Below are positions 55,744 to 64,000 of a DNA stretch of 64,000 bases, piece after piece. The first letter of the stretch is position 1. Each line of letters starts with the position of its first letter. The notes beneath the pieces are model-generated. The model was not told where the DNA came from and ran no database searches. It was given only the letters and a program-made list of their open reading frames with translations. A program made the translations under genes and the position numbers. The stretch is from Rebecca billardiae RCC1528 (taxonomy: Eukaryota > Protista > Haptophyta). Location of the stretch: positions 4,402,001 through 4,466,000 of the forward strand of contig OZ251222.1 of assembly GCA_965240325.2 (NCBI GenBank). Reading direction: 5' to 3'.

Positions 55744-56904
55744 ATTGCTATCAGGTTGGAACGAACGAGCTGCTCGGTACGCTCGGGCTGATTGTGGACC
55801 GAGGCACATCGCCTGCGGGTGAATACGTGTCTCGAGTTACAGTCAGCTTGTACTTGAAGGCCGAGGGATGACTGGGAAGTGTGACCTTATAGAGGATGAC
55901 GTGATATACATCGCCGTACAGCGTAGGAATCGATGTCTTTAGACGGAGGACTGACCGCTCCCGCCCCCCAGTCTGCCGAGGCTTCACGAAGTCCTCACGT
56001 CCGCCTCACCCGTGCCTCACTGATGAAATTTAATGTCGGGCGGGACCGATGCCGTGAGTGACCGACTGACCCGTGATGGGTCATGGCCATCATTGGCCAT
56101 GGGCGATGACGGCGATGACCGATCGACCGAGTCCGATGTCCGATCACGATGTGACGATGATGTCATGATCAGACTGATCAGAGCGTGCTATTATAAGAGT
56201 AAAAGAGTCTCCGAGACCGACCGAGACGCCAGACGTGAGACGGACTGTCATCACGGATCTTATAATAATGTCATCATCGTCATTATTATTATTTATTGTG
56301 CACGACAGTCAGCACTCAGCGCTCGCGACCGCGACTGCCCAGACCCCCGACGCCTGCGGTGCCTGAGGCCCCGCCCCTACGCAAGTCTGCCAGGCTGTGC
56401 CAGCGCCGCACGCGCGGAGCAGGCATCACTGCAGCTCCACACCCGCAAGACGACGCTTCGCGCGCACCCGGCGCGCCGACAGTCTGCCCGGGAGAAGCCC
56501 GCCGGGGCCGACCTTGGGCAGCAGCCATACATGCAGGCCAGCATGCGCGGCGGGATGGCATCAGTGCCGGCCCCGGCCCGCAAGCGCAAACAGCCGGACG
56601 CCCCGGCCCACGCAGCTGATGCGCCAGCAAACCCTGCTCCGGGCAACAGAACCCTGCCGCCGGCTTTGAGGCCGACACGCCACACTGGGGCACATATCAC
56701 CTGAGGGCCAGGCCTTCTGTGTGATAAGCTACCCCAGTCATGCCGCTCGATACACACCGTCCCCAACCGACAGTGGGGCTCTACGTTCCTTACTACATCC
56801 TCATCCTGTCGGCGCGCTGTCGCATCGGCGCCCAGTCGGCGAGTTCGGACGACGACGTTTTGTGGACGACGGTGGGGCGAGGACGACGGGCGCTGGCGCC
56901 CCGC

Positions 56905-57064
56905 GAGGCGGCCGCAGCCCTCATCCAGGCCTCGCAGGCGGACGGCCGAACGATTTTTTCCGGCGGCGCTACCATCAGCGACGGCTTCATGGGCGGTGAC
57001 AGTTGGCGGGCGTCAATCTCGCCTGCCTGAGCTGTGTGCGTCTCTTATTCTTAGTAAACTGTAG
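56905..57064 (+). mobile_element. Longer copy of the dispersed element (putative 5'-truncated retroelement 3' end); may extend upstream to about 56740
   Basis: About 160 bp near-identical to 60943..61102. A reading frame ends at ...SISPA-TGA just before the common terminal motif. Confidence 0.6.
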
Positions 57065-57413
57065 ACAGTAGACACTAGACCTAGTCACGCTCACGCTGTC
57101 GTCGCGGCGCAGCACGCTGACAGTGCCCGTGTCGGATAGCACGCGACACGCTACGGTCGTCAATCTAAAGCTAGCTTACAAGTCGTTTATTGTGTCGATC
57201 AGCTCACAGCTGTGGCGCTTGCAGCGCTGATCCGTGAATAATGTTAAATGCTGATGCGCTGCCGGCCCGGCTGGGGCCGCGCTGCCAGTCTGACTGAGAC
57301 TCTGTCTGTCGATGCGTCGCCCGCAGGGCTCGCGGCGCGGGATCTCGCGGCGCGGGATCCGCCTCTGACATAAACATTTGCCCATCGGCGGCAAGGTTGC
57401 TGGGCTTGGACTG

Positions 57414-58031
57414 TCACTCGTCCGTGAGATCGATGACCGATGAGCCGGGTCTGTTGCGGTTGCCGGCCGACGGGGGTTGGCGCGTATCACCGCCGCGCTG
57501 CCACGGAGCCTGGCCGATTCCATGACGGTCGGCGCCGACACTCGGGGCCGGATTTGGGCGCTGCAGAGCATGCCCAACGCGCCGCTCAGCGCTGCCATTG
57601 CCGAGCACCTGACCACCGGCCGCGGCAGGATGGCTTGGAGGTCGGCCGACGCCATCGCCACCCAGCACGTGACCGTGTCCAGGGAAGGTCTCCGGGCGCT
57701 TGCTGGCGCGATGAGGCTCGTCATCGTGCGTGTACTCGGCGATGTGCTGGTGCTCATGCTTGTACGGGCATGCGCTGCCGAGCTCGCAGCGCTTGCGCTT
57801 GCCGTGGCCGCCTCCTCCTGAGCCACCCTTGCGCGCAGGTCCGTCGCCGTTGTTGTGAGCACACGCGCGTCCGCAGCACTTGCATTCAGGACCGCATCGC
57901 CTGCCCTTCTTGCGACAGCCGCATGCAGCGCTTGAGCAGCTGGGCTTGCCGGCGACGGGCTTACACCCGCAGCCCTCGGCGGGTTTGGGCACCACACGCG
58001 TGCCGCTTCCGCCGCGTGTGCCGGCCTGCAT
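57414..58031 (-). CDS. Small Cys/His-rich protein: CXC cluster, PBZ-like finger, SHP-like boxes, C-terminal SIM-like motif
   Basis: GCGCK...CSSAACGCRKKGRRCGPECKC; CELGSACPYKHEHQHIAEYTH; FPGHGHVLG; GGQVLG; VIDLTDE-stop. Confidence 0.7.
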   Translation of the reverse strand: MQAGTRGGSGTRVVPKPAEGCGCKPVAGKPSCSSAACGCRKKGRRCGPECKCCGRACAHNNGDGPARKGGSGGGGHGKRKRCELGSACPYKHEHQHIAEYTHDDEPHRASKRPETFPGHGHVLGGDGVGRPPSHPAAAGGQVLGNGSAERRVGHALQRPNPAPSVGADRHGIGQAPWQRGGDTRQPPSAGNRNRPGSSVIDLTDE

Positions 58032-58397
58032 GGCGCGGGACACGGGCGCTCCCGCTTTGCTGCCCCGTCAGCGCGTTGCCGTTTGACGGAGCGACTGAGC
58101 GAGCCCACGATGACCGACTGACCAATTCAATGCTGCATGATTCTACAAAAAAGCATCATCGCCATCGTCAGAATGTCAGTGATCAGATAGCTGGTATGAC
58201 GATACTAGATCACGGATCGGCCACCAGGCTTCGTATCGCGTGCTAAGGGTGCCCTTGAAGGCACGAGCCTGCAGCCTTGCAGATACTGCGCGAGGAGAAC
58301 AGTCGTCACCGATCCGAATAGTCATGATCGTCATGCATGCAGTCAGTATTACTCGCAGTCGCAGAACCACAGCCGCAGCAGTGGTAAGCGACGACTC

Positions 58398-59975
58398 TTA
58401 GCGCCCGGCCGCAGGCTGCTGCGACCGCTCCGTCGATGACTCCGAGGACTGTGGCTGCGACTCGCCTTCCGCCTTGGCTGTGTTCACCACGTTGGTGAAC
58501 GAGGCCATCTGCCCGACCGACGCCCACATGTTGCGCATCAGACGCAGCACCCCCTGCAGCGGTGGCGTGCACGCATGAAGCAGCAGCGGGGCGCGCGCGT
58601 AAGGGCGCGCGCATCCACGCGCGAGGCGAGCGCGCAGCGCGGAGCGCCCGCGCGCACGCACCTCAGTCGTGCGCGTGCACTCGCCCCGCGCGCGTGCCTC
58701 GCGCTCGTCGTGCACGGAGGCGGGGTAGATGCACGGGAAGTAGGGCCCCTGCAGCTTGTCGCCATCCTGAAAGTTGTGCGAGCCAAGGTCGGAGAAGAGC
58801 GCACGGCCCTCCCCCCGGTAGGGCGCATCGCCGACGACAACGGTGCCACCCAGCACGCGCCGCAGCCGCGCGCCCCAGTCCTGCGCGCACGGCACGCACG
58901 CGCGTGTGCGCGCAGATCGCGCAGCGGCGGAGTGATGAGAGCGCGCGCGCGCGCGCGCGAGCGCAGGGGCGCGCCAGCCGCAAGCGCACCTGCGTCGGCG
59001 GCCCGTCGATCTTGTGGATCGACCTCGGGTGCCACACGATCAGATCGCCCGCCTTGGGGCGGAACTCGAGCAGCTCCGAGTAGCGCGGCAGGTCGCCCTC
59101 GGAGCGGTCGACAAAGACGACGTCGTCCTCGACCGACTCGTTCTCGTGCGAGCCCTTGAGGTACACGGGCGCGCCGTGGTCGGCGGGCGTGTCGTCGAGC
59201 GTCACCCAGAAGCGCAGCCCGTGCTCGTGCGCGACGGGGCCGTTCTGGTTGTCCTGGTGCCACTTGAACTGCGGGCGGCGAGCGCGCGCGCGGGCACGGC
59301 GACGCGCCGGGTGAGCGCGCGCTCGCGCTCGTGCGGCTGCGCAGCGGCGCGCGTGGGCGGGCCGGGCAGGCGGCGATCTCGAGCGGCACGCACCCCCTTA
59401 TTCGGGTTCACCATCAGCAGATCCGTCGAGAGCCGGATCTCCTGCCCACCCGCGAGCTGCGAGAGCGCGGACGCGAGCGGCGAGTGGTAGTAGAAATTGG
59501 CGTACGCCGAGTTGGTCGACCACACGTTGCGCTGGATGTAGTCGTACAGGCCCGATGCGACGCCGGGGGACGCCCACATGTGCGGGTGCTCGATCTGCCA
59601 GCTCGTCGCCTGCCGCAGGTACTCGAGCCACTCGGCGCTCAGCAGGCCGGGGATGTGCACCACGCCGTCGCGCACCAACGCATCGCGGTGCGCGTCGGTG
59701 ATGCCCTCGAAGGGCTCCGGAGGAGCATCTGGAGAGGGGCCGCCAGGGACGGGGAGGTCGGGATCCTGCAGCCCGAAGCTGTACTCCAGCAGGTTTGTTT
59801 CCAGCTTCATCGCAGGTGGCGCGCGACTGGCGGTGCGCGCCGCGACCCGCTGGGGCCGTGCAGCACGCACGGCAGCGTTCGTCGCCACCCGCGAGTGGGC
59901 GATGACACCCATCGCCGGCGCGCCCATGGCCGCAAAGACCACCAACCCCAGCAGCCGTCGTGGAGAGCTGTCCAT
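58398..59975 (-). CDS. Phytanoyl-CoA dioxygenase (PhyH)-family Fe/2OG oxygenase, probably plastid-targeted; introns 59269..59393, 58881..58989, 58554..58661
   Basis: RDGVVHIPGLLS, FKWHQD (HxD), LRFWVTLDD, YLKGSH, GDLIVWHPRSIH, RR. Confidence 0.88.
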
Positions 59976-60551
59976 GTCTGTGCGCCGCGAAACGACGCCC
60001 CCGAAGTGCGCGGATGCAGCCTGCGCGGATTCCTCGCTCGGGTCGTGCGCCGCTCCGCGTCAAGACCAGGGCGATGCCGGAAAGTTGTATTCAGCGCAAA
60101 TTAACCGGTCCTATGACGAGCCAATGAGTGGACGCTTCGCGACGCCAGCCGCTCGCCTTCTTCTCGCATCAGGCTGGTCGCGTGCTTCGGTATCTAATTG
60201 GATGTCTCAGAATTCATGAGCCTAGATAGTCATCCGCACTCATGCTGTACTCGGTATTACAGACCGTCATCGGGGTACCCCCATAACCTGAACCCATGCA
60301 GAACTGGTACGCTCCGAGAGTGACACACGCGCGATGGCTGGCCGTCGCGCGCGCGGAGCGAGCCTCGCCCTGAAATCGATGCGATCAGCCCGAGCGGGCT
60401 ACCATCGTGAGCCATCGGTGGCATCATGACGATGAAGGCGAGCTGTCACGCCATGCGCGTCGACTCTCAGTGCATCGCGGCACCGCAACTGCGGAGGCGG
60501 CGCCGGACGTCCGCGGATTTGCTGGCCGGGTCTGTCCCGGCCAGCAAATCC

Positions 60552-60830
60552 GCGCAGCTTTGTTTCCTCGTCGAACGAGTCCAAGCCAAAAGCGAGGGTG
60601 CAGTTGCGGAAGGCGTCGACTCGCCACCCACGAGGTCTTCATCGCAAAGACCTCAAGGACGCCACCGGAAGACGAAGATCTGCGTGAGGCGATCTCGCCG
60701 GGCAAGTGGATGTCCGTCGACTCACGATGTGGCCGAATACAACCAACACGCAGAAACGGAGGCGGTCCACGTTCCTGGTCACGCCGTGCAGGGATTCAGC
60801 AAGCAAGGCTGCCGCGTGAGGTCCGGCCCC
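60552..60830 (-). pseudogene. Degenerate LHC/FCP pseudogene, inverted relative to the gene at 61445
   Basis: The reverse complement aligns piecewise with 61617-61962, for example ggactcgttcgacgaggaaacaaagctg vs ggactcgtttgacgaggagaccaagctg. Many indels and frameshifts. Confidence 0.8.
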
Positions 60831-60942
60831 ACGGCCCCATCGAAAGTCGTCGGAGTCATCGCGCCACTCGTCGCGCGAGAAGCGGGGCACGCTGGCACGG
60901 AGTGCCAAAACTGAAAACTCATCGAGAACCGGACAGTGTACT

Positions 60943-61102
60943 GAGGCGGCCGCAGCCCTCATCCAGGCCTCGCAGGCGGACGGCTGAACGAATTTTTCCG
61001 GCGGCGCTACCATCGGCGACGGCTTCATGGGCGGTGACAGTTGGCGGGCGTCAATCTCGCCTGCCTGAGCTGTGTGCGTCTCTTATTCTTAGTAAACTGT
61101 AG
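60943..61102 (+). mobile_element. Second long copy of the dispersed element 3' end
   Basis: Near-identical to 56905..57064. Confidence 0.6.
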
Positions 61103-61444
61103 GCCAGGAGTGGCCAGGACCCATTTTGAGACGCGGGTACAATACCGCCGCCGTACGACATCTCTCGTCTGATCTCTTGATCAGCGCCGGCCAATCATTG
61201 CGGACCATGGTTCTGCTCAGAGCGAACGCACAAGAAGAAAGGTCCGGCCACCCGGCCTCGTGGCCAGGGAAGTTTCGCGCGGGCACACTCAGGTCATCAC
61301 GTGCCGACGCTACCGCGCGCGCCACCGGAGGTGCGAGATGCGCCCGACCGCGTCGTCCTCACGCCTGGCGCGGCGCTCGACGCTGACTCGGCTGCGAGCT
61401 CGCCCCCTCGCTGCGCGCCCGCCTGCAGGTCCTGTTTCGTAGCC

Positions 61445-62095
61445 ATGTTCGCACAGATCCTCGTCTCGGCACTCGCCTTCAACGGCCCGGCGCTCCGCTC
61501 GCCGACGTCGTCGGGCGTGCAGATGATGTTCAGCAAGAAGGCGCCGCCGCCGCCCGCGCCGGTCGGCTTTGACCAGGAGCTTGGCGCGCAGCCGCCGCTT
61601 GGCTTCATCGATCCGCTGAACCTGCTCGACGGCGCGGACCAGGACCGCTTCGACCGCCTCCGCTACGTCGAGATCAAGCACGGCCGCATCTGCATGCTCG
61701 CCGTGCTCGGCCACGTCGTGACGTCGGCCGGCATCCGCCTCCCGGGCGACATCGCGTTCGGCGTGCCGTTCGCGTCGGTGCCTAACGGCCTTGCGGCGCT
61801 CTCGGTCGTCCCGCCGGCCGGCCTGGCGCAGATCTTCGCCTTCGTTGGCTTCCTCGAGCTCTTCGTGATGAAGGACCTCGGTGAGGGCGAGTTCGTCGGC
61901 GACTTCCGCAACGGCGCGCTCGACTTCGGCTGGGACTCGTTTGACGAGGAGACCAAGCTGCAGAAGCGCGCGATCGAGCTGAACAACGGCCGCGCGGCGC
62001 AGATGGGCATCCTCGCGCTCATGGTGCACGAGAAGCTCGACGGCAACCCGTACATCATCAACTCGCTCCTGGGCTCGCCGGTCCCCTTCAACTAA
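61445..62095 (+). CDS. Fucoxanthin-chlorophyll a/c binding protein (LHC), intronless paralogue of 54966..55743
   Basis: Identical presequence; EIKHGRICMLA, ELNNGRAAQMG. Confidence 0.96.
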   Translation: MFAQILVSALAFNGPALRSPTSSGVQMMFSKKAPPPPAPVGFDQELGAQPPLGFIDPLNLLDGADQDRFDRLRYVEIKHGRICMLAVLGHVVTSAGIRLPGDIAFGVPFASVPNGLAALSVVPPAGLAQIFAFVGFLELFVMKDLGEGEFVGDFRNGALDFGWDSFDEETKLQKRAIELNNGRAAQMGILALMVHEKLDGNPYIINSLLGSPVPFN

Positions 62096-62301
62096 GCGCT
62101 TGAGTGCTTTTGCAAGTTGAGTGGTCGAGGACGGTGAGAGCCGAGCTGCAGGACGTGCCGCTACGCCGACCAGACGAGATTCGTCTTGCTGCCGGTGGAC
62201 ACGACTTCGGCTTTTGGCTACTTGCGCCACCGAGTACTCAGCGACGCAAAACGAGCAGGAATCCGTGCGCGCGCGCGACGGATCCGAGATCGGATCAATC
62301 A

Positions 62302-62398
62302 CATGTCACATGATGCATGTTCCCACAGCATGATGCATGACAGCATGTCACATGATGCATGACAGCATGTCACATGATGCATGATAGCATGTCGCATT
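62302..62398. repeat. About 22-bp tandem repeat (CATGTCACATGATGCATGACAG), 3-4 copies
   Basis: Seen directly. Confidence 0.85.
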
Positions 62399-63511
62399 GT
62401 GCAGCCTAAATATGCATCCGGCTACCTAAGGCTACCAATCGTCATGATGCATTAATAATATATTAATAATGGCTCGGCCGGCTAAACGTATAGTTATTCG
62501 TCTAAGACAATGATGAAAGTAGGCCCTAGAACGTATTTCTGATTGCGACTAGCTATACAGTGGTCGGCGACTAAGCATCGGACGCAGTGCCATCTGCGGT
62601 GACGATGTACATAGATATATTAATAAATATATATATGTCTAGGCTCTAGCCGTCCTCGTGAACGCCGACGCCAACTGCAGGCCGAAGGTGGGGGCTGATG
62701 AGCGGCGCTGGCGCCCGGCGTTCTTGTCGTCCTCTTAGACAATCAGATATTGTACCAATAACCCCACATATAATTTTATATATGACACAGGCACGACGGG
62801 GCGCAGCCGAGCTCTGCTCCTGATTCGTCTGTCGAAGTAAGACTTAGTAGTGATTAGTGATTGGAGACGGAGTTCTGTCCGCGGAGCGCGTTGGCTGTGG
62901 GTGAGAGAATAATCGTCGCCGATCAGCTCGCGGATCACACGGAGGTAGTGGGCGTCCAGGGATGCCGCTGTGCCTGTATATTTGATTTTGCAGTCGTCGC
63001 CGCCGCGCGGCCGCTTGGTCATCATGTAGTTGCCCGCGTCGGTCCGAGGCTGTTCAAGTTAATGATGCCGTAGTGCAAATAGTCAGGATGTGGTTTCCCT
63101 GGCCGGTGTGCGCGGTCTTGATGATTTTCAGATCGGATTTACTATGATGATCGCGGATCCGGACATCGTCACGACTGCTCAGTGCTCGCGGACATCATCA
63201 CTAGTAGTAGATCGACGATAACGAAGTGATCATCAGCACTCGTCGGGGCTCCATATCAAGCCCGCGGGCCGCCTGAAGGCCGAACCCTGCCCCTGGTGAC
63301 CGGTCATCACCGCTGGCTGCCCGGCAGGCGGCCTCGGGCAGGCGGCAGCCTGGTGGCGATCACGGTCGATATCATCGTGATCGTCGCGGACGGATTAAAT
63401 ACTGGCACTGATGCTGTATCGGCTGTCTATCGTCCGCGCAGGTGGAGTGACGACGACTGACGTGGATGGATGGTTGTCCGAGCCGCGAGGATGACGCCGT
63501 GACGCGTCATG

Positions 63512-63611
<100 letters not shown>

Positions 63612-63829
63612 TCAAAGCTGACTCACTGCTGTCGTGTCTACTGACTAACTTGCATTCTGACGATTGCACTGCGCGTGCTGTAATACGCGACGACGAATAA
63701 TAAATACGTAGTCGCGAATAATGCCGGCGATCGAATGAATCATTATTAGTCATGCGCGGCATCCGCCGCCGATTCCGCGCGAGGCTCCGGCGACGAGGAC
63801 GCGCGAGTATTCTCTCGTCGATCGATCTC

Positions 63830-63830
63830 G

Positions 63831-63878
<48 letters not shown>

Positions 63879-63890
63879 GTCTCTCTCTCT
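63830..63890. repeat. (CT)n microsatellite, interrupted
   Basis: Seen directly. Confidence 0.9.
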
Positions 63891-64000
63891 AGCTAGCTCA
63901 TCTTTATTAGTTATAGCTCTGCTCTCATCAGTCTCTCAGCTCTCTCGTCTCTCTAGCTCTCTCTGACTCTGTCTGACGGCCTGACTCGTGATCACTCTCG

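Overview
This is very GC-rich eukaryotic nuclear DNA with short spliceosomal introns. It carries three chlorophyll a/c light-harvesting genes with bipartite (signal + ...AF...) presequences, so the source is a red-lineage alga; a Pavlovales-type haptophyte is my inference, not verified. About 22 protein-coding genes are supportable: a beta-propeller glycoside hydrolase (partial), FAD monooxygenase, SDR reductase, an IQ-motif channel-like protein, an ABCC transporter, two duplicated GT-A glycosyltransferases, a PTAR1-like protein, a PA-7TM-HET/TIR-like receptor, a JmjC demethylase, HisRS, DUF1995, a CaMK-like kinase, an AsmA/ATG_C-like protein, adenylate kinase, ETF-beta, a 4-TM protein, ORC3, a small Zn-finger adaptor, a PhyH dioxygenase and three LHCs. 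Intergenic DNA holds microsatellites, a 435-bp-arm inverted repeat element, a dispersed repeat with a fixed 3' end, an inverted LHC pseudogene and a CpG-depleted block. The best novelty candidates are: (1) a single-chain four-pore-module K+-channel-like protein with a non-canonical [GM]LxNP filter, head-to-head with an ABCC gene; (2) a PA-7TM receptor fused to a cytosolic HET/TIR-like domain; (3) a small CXC-PBZ-SHP-SIM adaptor. Most long ORFs in the supplied track are antisense or off-frame GC artefacts. All calls come from motif recognition by eye, with no database searches.
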